Positions 27,051-40,320 of a stretch of 64,000 nucleotides of DNA are shown piece by piece. The notes under the pieces are model-generated. The model saw only the letters and a list, made by a program, of their open reading frames with translations. It did not search any database and was not told the origin of the DNA. Every line of letters starts with the position of its first letter. Position 1 is the first letter of the stretch. This stretch comes from Glycera tridactyla. Taxonomy: Eukaryota. The stretch lies in NCBI GenBank assembly GCA_965644265.1, contig OZ286463.1, positions 105,834,001 to 105,898,000 of the forward strand, written 5' to 3'. The position numbers and the translations under genes were made by a program.

Positions 27051-28877
27051 TGTGAAGATTTAGGTACAAGGCATCGCAGTATTGATAGATTTCCACCTAT
27101 ATGCAGTTGATGAACACAAACGCAGCTATTATTCCGAGGTATGATGATTTAGGTTCAAATCATCAAGTTCCATTGGTATTGATAGTTTTGTACCGAGAAC
27201 CAGCGATGAGCACAAAATGGTGACAATAGCAATCCGCTTTTGGGCCTTGATCCATATATCAGACACACAGGCATCGTCAGTAGAGGATATGAATGGAAGA
27301 TAGCAGCCAAGAGATAGGTTGATTTGAAGTATTACCCTGAGCGAGATTTAGAAAGTCGCTTTCACTGATGGAATATACATGTACAGGCAAATGACGAGGG
27401 CAATTTCGCCTACTTGTAAATTTGATTAAACAATGGATAACTGTCAATCTGCGTGACTCAAATGAGTTCCCATGGAATGCTGTCCGCCCTCTTTCACGGT
27501 CCGCAGTCATTTGATATTTAATTCTTAGTCCTTGATACATTTCCTTGATGTTTCAAATGTGGTCACTAGAAATGAATCACCCATTTGAGATTGTTTATGA
27601 AACAAAACATTTTTGGATTCGACATCCATGCAAAGTCAGGCCTGGCCACTTTGGGTCGACGATTGATGGTGGGTTGAAATGTGCGACTGTTGGATTTCAT
27701 CAGAAATCATATGGGCAGTAATTGTAGGTGTTCGAAAGAAAACCGTGAAAACGTAGAACTGGTTAGAATAACTTGGTTTGAGATATCAGCAATAGTGTCA
27801 AATCTGAATATGGATGTTATGGTTGGCACGGCCACACCAGGGTCCACAGGCGATAAGTCCCTCGGCATGGGTTGGCTTCAACTGAAAAGACGTCCCCAGG
27901 TCGGGTCTACCATTAAATCATCTATAGTGGTAATATATGGCACATACTATCTACCCACCTTGGAATTGAGGTCAGGTCGTTGACCTTGCACTCAGTCTCA
28001 GCTATTCCATTCGTTGGGGGAGTGAGGATAGTTAATGGTGCTATGACCAAGTACCCTGGAAATGCTAGCATTGACATAGTGGCCCGACCCTACGACACCC
28101 ATGTCTCTAGGTCAGGACCTATGTAGCCAGGCAAAGCTGTCATGGGTCTCGAATGGAGCAAGGCTGAGTGGCTGTCTAAGAATATACGGCGTGATCTACG
28201 TGACAACTGTTCTCGGACTCATGGATATATGTATTTTTTTGTCCTGGCCATCGTAGGTCATACATTTCCACCTGTGTTATTTCTATTGTTGAGAATGACA
28301 GTGTACGTGATCCTCATATCAATAGGTTCATATTTATGGGTTTCATACTCTGTATGGTGAATTTCGTGCTGAAGAAACGCATTAGTTGGCTGAACTCCCA
28401 CGCTGAACAGAATCACTTGTAATTCAACCTACCCCTGCCAAAACAGGGAGTGTGTGTATAAAGGAGGTTTATTTTGCCCTGACTTGCCAACACCCCCCCC
28501 CCCCCCCCCCTCTCTTGAGGCTTGGAGTTAGATGGCATCTGATCACTTACTGACGACTCAACACGGCAGAAAATCCATCCTTCATAAAAGTGAGAATGGT
28601 TGCTGGGCAAACTGTCTCATTATTTTATGGAAATGTAAGAGGTCTAGGCATCTGAACGCGATATTCGCTCGTGTCAACCTATGTGATATGATAGCTGCGT
28701 CCGGCTACATGATACCAGGTGTTGGTCGAGTTCTCATGTCTTCATGTGAGCTTGGATGCTAACCATATGGTAACCATATATGCACAGTCGCATATACAGC
28801 TTGACTGATCTGTTGGAAGAGCAACAGCCATTTGTCCGCAGGATATATAGACTGATCGCTTACCTGATGAGATGCAC

Positions 28878-28878
<1 letters not shown>

Positions 28879-28937
<59 letters not shown>

Positions 28938-28950
28938 TGTCTGTGTGTGT
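28879..28950 (+). repeat. (GT)n microsatellite
   Basis: About 25 perfect GT units, then degenerate. Confidence 0.99.
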
Positions 28951-28967
28951 GTTTGTCTCTGTGAGTG

Positions 28968-29029
28968 TACATGTCTGTCTGACATACATTCTATCCATCC
29001 GTCTGTCTGTCTATTGGCGCGTCTGTCCT
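28968..29029. repeat. Left arm of inverted repeat (partner 32418-32479), abutting N-run 29030-29364
   Basis: 62 bp, 60/62 identical to the reverse complement of 32418-32479. Confidence 0.92.
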
Positions 29030-29699
29030 NNNNNNNNNNNNNNNNNNNNNNNNNNNNNNNNNNNNNNNNNNNNNNNNNNNNNNNNNNNNNNNNNNNNNNN
29101 NNNNNNNNNNNNNNNNNNNNNNNNNNNNNNNNNNNNNNNNNNNNNNNNNNNNNNNNNNNNNNNNNNNNNNNNNNNNNNNNNNNNNNNNNNNNNNNNNNNN
29201 NNNNNNNNNNNNNNNNNNNNNNNNNNNNNNNNNNNNNNNNNNNNNNNNNNNNNNNNNNNNNNNNNNNNNNNNNNNNNNNNNNNNNNNNNNNNNNNNNNNN
29301 NNNNNNNNNNNNNNNNNNNNNNNNNNNNNNNNNNNNNNNNNNNNNNNNNNNNNNNNNNNNNNNNGAAGAAAACCCACTGCTCTGGGGAATGTAATTTGAC
29401 CTGCATATATTCAAGGCTATAGGTGGCAATATATGCATCACCCAAGCCTAATTTTTGTACCGATGACATTGGGATAGGGAGAGGAACGAGAACTTCATTA
29501 TTTCATCGTGTCAACATGTCTGGCGTAGGTGGTCATTGAGACATTGAGACCTTTTTGCCCAAAAATCGGATGCCAATTGCAGAACTGGCAGGATCTACCA
29601 ATTTCAGCTCTCAGCGACATCCTCTGTGACAAGTACAATCGGCGTGGGGTTCATGGCTCATCTGGTTCATTTTTAAACGAATATTATACTGAATGTGAG

Positions 29700-31200
29700 G
29701 CATTCGAATGATATTCTGGCCCAGCCCAGATCATGTACGGCTTCTTCAGCACGCGCCATACCGATATGATTTCCCATTTGAGAGTGATGGTGAACTGTCA
29801 TCAAACATTGTCTCAAGTATGGAATCAAATATGGCACTCGCGTTGAAATCATCAGAAAAGAGTGATCGGGATAATATATATGACGACGGATCTCTAGACT
29901 ATTCATCAAATTATTGACGGGAGTGATGACTTTCTGTTCCAGAGTAAGGGAAGGTACGTCCACGAGACACTCTCGGTTATAGGAAAAAGTTGGATTGTAA
30001 TCCGTCAATAATCTAGGGATTCCTTCCTCCCTAAATGTTTACGAGATATCTCGTCCATGAGTCCTAGAAACCTGATTTTTGAAGGAACACATCATATAGA
30101 AAGATGATGACACTCAAAAATGGATGTTGTCACAGCATGACCAAGGAGGAAGAAGTTCTTCCGTCATGACCACCATATCCGTGCCACTGAGACCTATTTC
30201 ATTCCGAAACCATGCAGTCGATGGTTGTACAGCTATCGTGTACAAATGATATTGTTGGCAGTTTGATGATCGATTTTCGGTCATGATATGTGATCACCCA
30301 ACTGGTTGCCCTTTGTGAGATGGGTGGTGATATTGATAACATAATGTTTTATTAATATCATCAATACTAGTAGCAGCTCAATAGCGGGAGCAATATGAGA
30401 ATAAAGCTGAACAGTGGCAATGTTTGTTCATTGAAAACACCCTCATTGCTTCCCTGAGAGACGAAACCAGTATGTTGCAAAATATCCATGGAATGTCTTG
30501 TGATTATGCAACGAATGCGAATTCCTATACTGGCAAAATCTTGTACGATGTATCTGATACACTGATTTCATCCTTCAAAATGCCTCTAATCTCTGAATAT
30601 CGCATGGTGTGTGTTAGCAAACTCAATATCACTCATGGTGCAATCGGGACATCAGTGATCGAATATTCTGCCCAAATGGCCGATAGTTGATGGGATAGGG
30701 ACCTGACTATTCCCCCCCCCCCTCCAAATGCACCCCAGTCAGCTTCCAAGAATTCCAGGGTTATCTCACCAGGTCAGCAGCTAGTAGGAATCTGATTAAT
30801 TGTAATGACAAGAAAATATATTGTTCTCTGGATATATCACCTTCACAGCTGCGGCTCTTTATCCGAATAAATAACGATAATACAATGCTCTTTATATGGC
30901 TGCTGACAACCACAAACACGAAAACTCTGTGATGAATTGAAATTCCAGACAAGTTATATTCCAGACCTCTGAATCCGTGATTTGAATGTCTCAGCGCTTG
31001 CCCTAGTTTCAAGATAATCATAGAGGTCGCAGAATATTGGATGCTGCCAATGGGATCTCCCCGCGTGATACCGAAGCCATTCAAACTGATATCGATATAC
31101 CCCGACATATTGTGGAAAATCGCAAGCCGATTCACCCTTGTCGGTACCCCACCTCTCGACCTTATGGCAGCTATTCTGTAGGACAAGATGACGTCAGCAT
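29700..31200 (-). mobile_element. Fossil Ty3/Gypsy pol fragment (integrase clear, RNase H weak)
   Basis: Minus strand gives, in the expected order: HHPSHKG (30329-30309) and SNCQQY (HHCC finger), PSTAW...GTDM (cf. PW..VG.D), FREEGIPRLLTDYNPTFS (~30035-29981; cf. F..GIP..L.TDNG.QF), LTLEQKVITPVNNLMNSLEIR (cf. LGIEH..STPY.PQ.NG..ER), HIGMARAE (cf. G.SPAE). SRIQR at about 30975 is a weak RNase H-like motif. Confidence 0.6.
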
Positions 31201-32417
31201 GCCTGAGCCTCAGGTTCAGATCGGATCAATTTTGAGTCGCTCTCAATCACGATTGTTACGAATCTGGATGGCAGCGGATGAATTATTTTTCCATGTGCGA
31301 TGCACTACTTTACGGTGAGGCTACGCCAAGTATATCCGGTACCATATGAAACCGTACGTGACTTCTCTTGATTTGCTGGTGAAGGAGCAGGCGCTTGTAT
31401 GACGGTAGTTCAAAAAGAGGCAGTCCTAAGTCAAATGTCTCGGGAATGCATGGACAGTCCATCTGTACTCTCATGATTGCCGTGGACACATGCTTATTCT
31501 CATTCACCAATACGTATATTCAACACATAAATTCCGTCGAAGCCCTGATTGGCATCTATAACAAATTGAGTCAAAATGGTGTAAGGAATGTGCTTTCAGA
31601 TTTCAGTTGCATAACACAGCAAACAGTATGGGAAGAAAGTTGAAATCTAATCCCTTGAGAAACAGGACAGAATCACTATCCAGTTGATCGTAACTGTCAG
31701 GTTTTCATGACATGTTGATCCAAAAACCTTCAAAATCGTGTAATGAGTACCATGTCAGCATCCACTACATGTCTATCGGGGTCGTGGGCCACCAGCACTG
31801 AAGAACCTCTCCCAATTAGGCACGACACGCAATTACCACCTGAGGTGATTGACATTTTAATCCGTCAGCAACAGCTGCTACCCGTGTCAGTTCGAACCGG
31901 GTGGCGTTCGCATAGAAACGGCTGATATGATCCTTGGATGTCCACTTTCCTCGCCTAATTGAAGAAGTGGAGCCGTTGGACACCAGGGATGATACTGCTG
32001 TGTTCGTGGCAATGATATTGATGCTGGAAGTTCTGTGAATGCATCCAAACAATATTGCAGAATGAATGCATGTCTGTTGATCGGACAAAAGAAAGGANNN
32101 NNNNNNNNNNNNNNNNNNNNNNNNNNNNNNNNNNNNNNNNNNNNNNNNNNNNNNNNNNNNNNNNNNNNNNNNNNNNNNNNNNNNNNNNNNNNNNNNNNNN
32201 NNNNNNNNNNNNNNNNNNNNNNNNNNNNNNNNNNNNNNNNNNNNNNNNNNNNNNNNNNNNNNNNNNNNNNNNNNNNNNNNNNNNNNNNNNNNNNNNNNNN
32301 NNNNNNNNNNNNNNNNNNNNNNNNNNNNNNNNNNNNNNNNNNNNNNNNNNNNNNNNNNNNNNNNNNNNNNNNNNNNNNNNNNNNNNNNNNNNNNNNNNNN
32401 NNNNNNNNNNCACAGGA

Positions 32418-32479
32418 AGGACAGACGCGCCAATAGACAGACAGACTGATGAATAGAATGTATGTCAGACAGACATGTA
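32418..32479. repeat. Right arm of inverted repeat (partner 28968-29029), beside N-run 32098-32410
   Basis: AGGACAGACGCGCCAATAGACAGACAGAC...CAGACAGACATGTA is the reverse complement of 28968-29029 with 2 mismatches. Confidence 0.92.
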
Positions 32480-33229
32480 GAGAGACAGACAGACACATGA
32501 AAGAACGAACAGGTCAATGGACAAATGGACAGACAAAAGAATGTGGGGAGAGGCAATCAGAAAGGAATGGGGCAGTTGGGAGCTCTCGTTGAATTGATTT
32601 GAGCGCTTCATTCCTCACAAAGAGAGCCTTAATCATCCGGCTGCTCCAGAGGATTAAAACTGGATCTAGTTCAATTAGATGCTGAAAATGTTTTGATATG
32701 GATCATTACAGATCAACAACCGGATGGAAAAGAGGAAGGAATCATTTGTTCTTGGGTGAAAGATTCCAGGGAGCAAAAGCAGTATACGTATGAGACTTGT
32801 GTCTCATTGTGAATGCTAATGGTGAACTGCCCATGAGAGATGGCTAATCAAATCATTAGGTAGGTTTATAGATGAGATAGCATCCTTCGCTCATCTTTAT
32901 AGGGTCTAAGAGAGGTATCGTGTCTTCCAAGTGATGTCTGTCAAGTTTGGGGTCGATGCATCGTGCATATCGGTATCTTTATTGATTGTATTCTACCCAC
33001 GAAAGATCAATGTTTAGGCAATCTTCTGACAAGCATCATTTCTTTCTGGAGGCTCATTTCCCAATTTGTTCAAGTACCCAATAAAAACTCACTTGACATA
33101 AATGTATTTCACAGCATAGCCCAGTGATTCCCAGCCATAGAAGATGCTTTTCAACAAGCCCCGTTCATTTTCGGGACCGAAACCCTTTTTGAGAGGTGGA
33201 TTTGTCTGAAGATGTAGGGCTCATCGGCC

Positions 33230-33750
33230 ACTGTCAACTCAGTACTTTTTCATGAATTGATATATCCAGAGAAGGTCACTGTTTCAATCCACATCAGACT
33301 TCCGAGAATCTATTGATGAGGTACAGACATGTATGCGGGCAGGCGACAGTCCTGATAGATTCTCGGGGAAGAGATCAGTTTCTCAAAATGCTACAATATT
33401 ACCCAGGCCATTTTCGCCTTAGGCATGAATTTGATGCGTTCGATTCGGTTTCATTGAGGCAACTGACGTCTTCAGGGAAGCCTATTTCTCCATTAGCCTA
33501 GCGATAGACATGATACATTGTGTGTGAATTGAGATGACAGATCATGCAGCTGTGAGGCCAACTCTCCTCGGTGAAAAAGACGAAGTGTGCCTCGTGGATG
33601 CATTAAGCAATGACATGCATATATTTGTAACAGGAAGGAATGTGTCTGGTATGCAGATGTCAGTTATAGAGTTATTGAATTTACTTATTCTAATGCTGAT
33701 AGGTCGAAGTGCCATAAAACATAATTCAAAGTAGGCCAATACCTGGGTCC
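33230..33750 (+). mobile_element. Fossil LINE RT fragment (Tx1/RTE-like)
   Basis: Plus-strand motifs in order: YPGHF...FDAFDSVS (~33400-33455; cf. D.EKAFDSV), AAVR, SVPRGC (cf. GVRQGC), VWYADV (~33643; cf. YADD). Confidence 0.5.
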
Positions 33751-34501
33751 TCTCAAATCAAACTAATGTCGGACAACGAATTGAGTGTCTTCTGGCCATA
33801 AGTCACGAGGGCACAACTCAAATCATGCAAGAAACGCTATGAATGGGCAATGCCGGACATTTAAATTTGTTCAATCAATAAACGGAAGAGTGTTGTGGGT
33901 GACTCCTCGTAGGCGCCATTGACTAGGTCGGCACATGTCGAGGTGCTTGGGCCATTCAGCAGTGTGGGCAAGCAGGATTTCGCAATACCTGCTGGGTCAA
34001 TTAGTAAGAACGAATACCATGGACGTGGGATGTGATGGGTCGAATCTTCACTAATCGAATTAGGTTCTAGCAATCGCTTCAAGGCATGTGTCAAGTCCGG
34101 TTCTAATTCGTGGGCGAATCCAAACCAATCAGTGGAGGCGGGAGTTGGTAGTATTCTAGCAGTCGATGATTTCTCAGGCCTCAACAATCCAGATTTGATG
34201 GGATTCGACAGATTTGTCGTCCTTACTCCCCTTCTTCAACGCCTGACCCATAACGAGAACGCTGCATGCGTTTGTATGTGTATTACTTAGTGACTGAGAG
34301 AAGCTATTCCTTATGACTAATCGGTAATACCAAACGAAGTCCACACATCAATTTTGAATATCTATGATGGATGACCAATACAGAAATATATTCCAATTGA
34401 TTATCGATCATGGTTGAAAACACTTCGGAAGGGTAGCATTAAAAGAACATATTGGTGGTGAATGGTATTCTGTGCTCTTGATGTTATGAAGGGGATTTAA
34501 G

Positions 34502-34547
34502 AGCATATTAAGTGCTATTACAATAGCATATTAAGTGCTATTACAAT
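34502..34547. repeat. 23-bp perfect tandem duplication
   Basis: AGCATATTAAGTGCTATTACAAT x2. Confidence 0.9.
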
Positions 34548-35159
34548 ACATTTGGGATGGAGCTATACTCGGAGATATTTCGACTCAGCAGTCATGAGTT
34601 GTGGAGCACATTCTGCTCCCGTGTCACGAGTAGTTGAGAGATATATGACCGATAGACGTAGCCAACAAAGATATATTGCTCATGATATTACATTCAAATG
34701 TGCATGGCAGGGGCCATCCGGGTGGCGTACAGCAGGCATTTGTGGAATCATACAACCGAAACGTGAGGACTATTCAAAGACTCAGCTGTACCATTGCACC
34801 ATCCTGTACCAGGTAGAGAAGGATATATAGAGGCATCCGGTATGATTATTGAGTGATGCTGAACGTTTCTTCAATCCGGGGCTGGACAATATCCTATTAT
34901 GGTGTGATAAGCCATCATATGTGAATGATGTATACCGTGTTTTGAATAGCGAGAAGAGACTTTCGCTACGTTACCAACCAGGAGAAAATCTGATTATTCA
35001 GTTCAGAATCTAAATTACGTAGTGGTTAATCATTCGGCAGCGCCTCATTTGAATCAACGAGTGATGGACACTAAGCGTTTCCATCGTTTTGGACAAAGCG
35101 ATGGCTGACAGCAGATGAATTGCCTAATACACAAGATTTATCGACTCGGGCTCTCTTTA

Positions 35160-35310
35160 CTTCCCACGTGTCGCCGCCTAAATGTCTGCTCGTGATATCA
35201 CGTCAACCGTGTCACGTGTGGGATATTTATTGACGCAATGACGTCAGAGAGGGTGGGTGTCTGTCGGGTACTATATCAAACAACAATCTACGCTGCGACA
35301 TAAATAGCTA
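35160..35310. promoter_or_regulatory. Candidate promoter/enhancer: CRE/ATF and E-box cluster
   Basis: CACGTG at 35165 and 35213, TCACGTCA at 35198, TGACGCAA at 35231 directly abutting TGACGTCA at 35239. TATA-like TACTATATCAAA and CATAAATA lie downstream. Locally CpG-rich. Confidence 0.4.
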
Positions 35311-36429
35311 GCAGCTGCCAGAGTACAAAAGGATACCCTCCCTGGAGAATTCGGTTTGAAGTCCTATTCTCCACAGAAAAGAGTGGGAAATATGGCTGCC
35401 CAATACATCAGCCAGTTGTGTCTTTCAGAGAGGACCAGTAGCAGTAACAAGCATCAGTGATGGATACGATTATGCCTATGCCCCACATACCCGACACAAA
35501 CTGTCTCAGCGGTATATGTTTATCTGTGATATACAAGTAGTCCCGACTAGACGTGGCAACGGTTTATGCAGGATTCACTGATAATCTCACGGATGGATCC
35601 ATCCATCTGAGCCGTGGATCATCTCCCACCTACATGACAGAGCGTTATCATTCAACACGCAGTTAAATATATGACCCAATTTACTGACTGAAGATCAGAT
35701 GCGTTAGATAAAGATTTGTGCATTTATTTTTGTATTTGAAGGCATCATTGCGGCGTTTGCGTAGGAACGAAAGTGACATGATGACGAGAAAATTGTAAAG
35801 ATGATGAAGAGAGAAGTTGATTTGGTTGGATTCCGGTGGTTGTGAGGAAGGGAGGGAAGCCCGCATCCGTGCGGTGTTGGCGTTCGCTTCCACATCTCGG
35901 CTTCCATGCAGCGCGGGTCCTGCCTGTAACGCCAACACCTACCTCTCACAATACTGGCCGTGCCTCTAGCCTCAACTTACACCCTGGATATACCACCCTC
36001 GGGATATTAACACCACTACAAGTGAGTAGCCTCTCGTTTCTATTGCTTCTGGTTATTCTCAGATTTATGGGGAGTAGTAAGACCATGCTAATATGCCTTA
36101 TTCGTCCATTGGCGGCCATCTACTACTGATGCCCGCTATACCAGATGCATGCTCATTCCAAGGGGAATATTCAAATGTATGTGCCCGTTGCAATGCACGC
36201 TTTCCCTAATTGTATTGGCTAGTTCCAGAGAGCCTGCGTGCATAATAATCGACAGCGATTGCGGTCTGTGCATCTGTAGAAATGCAAGATGGGCCATTGG
36301 CAATATGCGGAAACGCCCCCATCTTGGCAATACTGTGTGACAGTTGCCCCGTTTATTTCACTGGCTAGCAGAGAGATGTGGACCGGTCATCCATCTCACT
36401 TTGAAGATGACGCCAACTGAACAATGAAT

Positions 36430-38200
36430 TCGTGCAAGAGTAGGCGTTTATCCATGCCCTAAGGATTTCTCGTCTCTTGAAAGATTTCAATTTCAGAACA
36501 CTCTCTGTCACCACCAGTAGATTAAATCTCATCCAACGAATTCGATTAGAAAATATATGGACAGAGATAAGTATCCGAAATAATGGGAAAAATATGTCAA
36601 TTTCATGATTCACGGTCATAGCATTATTTAACCAGGCCCTTAATAAGGAAAATAGTCTCAGTAACTGGTAGCCATCACTCCCAAGTTGAATACACGTTTA
36701 TGGGTATGAGTTTGTTATCCGACAAGTATAAATGGTTCAGTATGAATATACGCGAGTAGATTGCTTCTGTGTAAATGCTGACTCTGCATAATGTGGAGAG
36801 AGTAGTTCCTGGGTCATGAAATATGAGTTGTACATGAGAGAGAATATAAATCGATGACATTTTGTAAGACCTCATAAATAATTCATCAAAAAATGGACTT
36901 CAGTAAAACACATCTCCATCAACCATCAACTTGAATATTATTCAATCAACAATACCATGTATTCAAACAGTCCTGTACTACAAATCATTCCCTACTGAAA
37001 CTTATATTACGATGACAATTCATACTACTTCCAATTAGTCAGTCTATCACCGATCCCTGCTGTCTCTCCCGGCTCTGTTATGACAGAGAACACGATCATA
37101 ATTGTATTCAGCCCATTCATATTCCTGGTTGATTCATGTCTTTTTTTGCCCACCATATACAAGACTGTACACAATCAAGCATCATATAATGTTAATATAA
37201 CTGCCGTTAGGGGATACCATGCGCGTTGGATATGCATGAGTAGGGTAATTTTTATGACTGTGACATCGTATCCGATAGGGCAGTATTCCGTCCACGACCC
37301 TCTGGATCACTACTTAACTGGTGACAGAATTCAGTTGATATCACACTATCGCACGGTCCATGTCTTCAGATTTACAGTCAAATCTTCATCAAATCATCAA
37401 ATTATTCTAAATCGAATTTCTAGCTCTAACATATTTGTCATATGCGGACATTTTGAATAATGCATTCGAGGCTATCTTCAATGTAAGGCATAAACAGTTC
37501 ACGGAAATAGTCCGTGGTCCAGGCTGAGAAATTGTCAATCACTCCATGATATGCAACGTTATTCGAGCGAACATAATGATCTGCAGTATTGAAATACATT
37601 TTCGAAACCAGAAACATCCTTCCCGGTACTTGTTTGATATCCAAATTATTTCTAATATGTTCAAGGGCATGTGACAGTATATGCCGCATGTACTACGGGA
37701 ATGGCGTACCCTGAACCCTGACCGAGCATCGCCAACTAAACCTCTGACACTGAGGTGATTATACAATCAGGCTGACTCTCTCGATTGGTTTGCTAGTTAA
37801 AGACGAGACACTGATCCACGTGCTCTCTCTTATCTCCCTCATAAACTGGGTACATTCGTTCCCTCATGTTCTTGTGATATATGGGTACGGGAGTAAAAGT
37901 AAGATTCGCGGGGTAGGAGAGACGATGCCATATCCTGCATCCACCTGTTTTCTGTGAATGAATGAGGTGTGAATGAAAGTCTCGTACCTTGTTTCTCGTA
38001 TCTGATAACAATGATATTATCACTATCTTGTTTCGTGGATTTCAATTTCTTGATTTTCACTGCCATGGACAATGGTGAAAATTGTGGAGCGATCGTCCTG
38101 GACTCGGCTGAGGCTTCGATATGGTTGACAATGATATTTTCTTGAGTGATCTTGGAAATACTCGATTCTGATATACTGATATTCTTCGGATTCAGTCATA
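36430..38200 (-). mobile_element. Fossil CR1/L2-group LINE ORF2
   Basis: Minus-strand motifs in order: VKIKKLKSTKQDSDNI, PVYEGDK, SLTSKPIERV (37803-37774), LYNHLSVRGLVGDARSGFRVRHS (37766-37698; cf. L.D.Q.GFR..HS), FLVSKMYFNTADH...YHGV...AWTTDYF (cf. FLD.SKAFDTVDH..YGI..W..SYL), and C-terminal FSNRIRW...LKSFKRR (cf. F..RV..WN.L...SFK.RL). Confidence 0.75.
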
Positions 38201-39146
38201 TCAAACTTGCCGTGCCCATGCTATGAAATGTAGTCTTTTTATCTGCTCTTTCATGATAATCCATCACATCGTGGGGTGATACAGGGCCCTTCACAAGGTG
38301 CTTAGTCGGTTGTCATTCACATTCAGCAACAGAGGAAAATGTTCATGTACGCTTACGACACTGCTTCGATGGCTACCTAGCTCCAGTGAAACAAGAACAT
38401 TTTCAAATTCATGGGAGGAGCTAGGCCTGCTAAAGAAATTGGGAACGTATCGATACCTATTTGGCTCTAGATCACATGCTGCCTCTTGTCGCTCATAGGG
38501 GCGTCCTGTATGATGGAACGACCGAATGTGAGAGGTTGGATGTGTGTCTGAATCATGTGCTCGGAATTACCTTGCATGTTGGCCCTCACTTCCTCTGTTG
38601 CTCAATGCTGGTCTATCCAAATCAGGTATATCACGGAAACATATTTGCCATGTTCAGCTATATAAGATGAGAGCTCTGTCCTGGAAGGCTGACAAGTTTT
38701 TATGCAGCTCTTTCATATCTAGCTGTTGGCCAGGTGATATGATCTTTGACCACTGGCTGTCTCCCTGTCCTGCAAACTTGGCTAAGAACAACTGAAAATT
38801 ATATCTTTGTTTTGATCGGTAAATACTGGAATGGACTGCTATTTGATATGAAGATATCACCTTCGGTTCATAGTCTCAAGGGGACATCATTGGGATTATG
38901 ATGATTTGTAAATTTCAAAGCTGAAGTTGCTGTTGAGCAAGAATATATTATCCTGCAGTTTCCTCATATCTTCGTATGAAGCCAGTATCATCGAGACGGT
39001 TCACCCTACTCCTATTAAACATTGTCCACAAGCTAAGTGGTTGGTGCCATGCTGGAGAATCCAGCTTCAAATCCACAAGAAATTAAATGATTTCTGAAAA
39101 TAGGTGATTTGTACATTTCAATGGTGTATCGTGAAACATACTTTTT

Positions 39147-40320
39147 ATCTGATAGATGAATGCTGATACCCGCACAGTGCAGCAGTGCATCTGATAGATG
39201 ATTGCTGATACACACATGGTGCAGCAGTGCATCTGATAAATGATTGCTGATACACACATGGTGCAGCAGTGCATCTGATAGATGATTGCTGATACACACA
39301 TGGTGCAGCAGTGCATCTGATAGATGAATGCCGATACACACATGGTGCAGCAGTGCATCTGATAGATGATTGCTGATACACACATGGTGCAGCAGTGCAT
39401 CTGATAGATGATTGCTGATACACACATGGTGCAGCAGTGCATCTGATAGATGATTGCTGATACACGCATAGTGCAGCAGTGCATCTGATAGATGATTGCT
39501 GATACACGCATAGTGCAGCAGTGCATCTGATAGATGATTGCTGATACACACATGGTGCAGCAGTGCATCTGATAGATGATTGCTGATACACACATGGTGC
39601 AGCAGTGCATCTGATAGATGATTGCTGATACACACATGGTGCAGCAGTGCATCTGATAGATGAATGCTGATACCCGCAAGGTGCAGCAGTGCATCTGATA
39701 GATGATTGCTGATACACACATGGTGCAGCAGTGCATCTGATAGATGATTGCTGATACACACATGGTGCAGCAGTGCATCTGCTAGATAATCGCTGATACA
39801 CACATGGTGCAGCAGTGCATCTGATAGATGATTGCTGATACACACATGGTGCAGCAGTGCATCTGATAGATGATTGCTGATACACACATGGTGCAGCAGT
39901 GCATCTGATAGATGATTGCTGATACACACATGGTGCAGCAGTGCATCTGATAGATGATTGCTGATACACACATGGTGCAGCAGTGCATCTGATGGATGAT
40001 TGCTGATACACACATGGTGCAGCAGTGCATCTGATAGATGATTGCTGAACCACGCATAGTGCAGCAGTGCATCTGATAGATGATTGCTGTTACAGGCATA
40101 GTGCAGCAGTGCATCTGATAGATGATTGCTGATACACGCATAGTGCAGCAGTGCATCTGATAGATGATTGCTGATACACGCATAGTGCAGCAGTGCATCT
40201 GATAGATGATTGCTGATACACACGTGGTGCAGCAGTGCATCTGATAGATGATTGCTGATACACACATGGTGCAGCAGTGCATCTGATAGATGATTGCTGA
40301 TACACGCATAGTGCAGCAGT
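39147..40320. repeat. Minisatellite, 42-bp unit, 28 copies
   Basis: Unit ATCTGATAGATGATTGCTGATACACACATGGTGCAGCAGTGC, highly homogeneous. Confidence 0.99.

Noticed and set aside
33861-34187. 108-aa minus-strand ORF
   Set aside because: No recognisable motif or convincing splice context. The length is compatible with chance.
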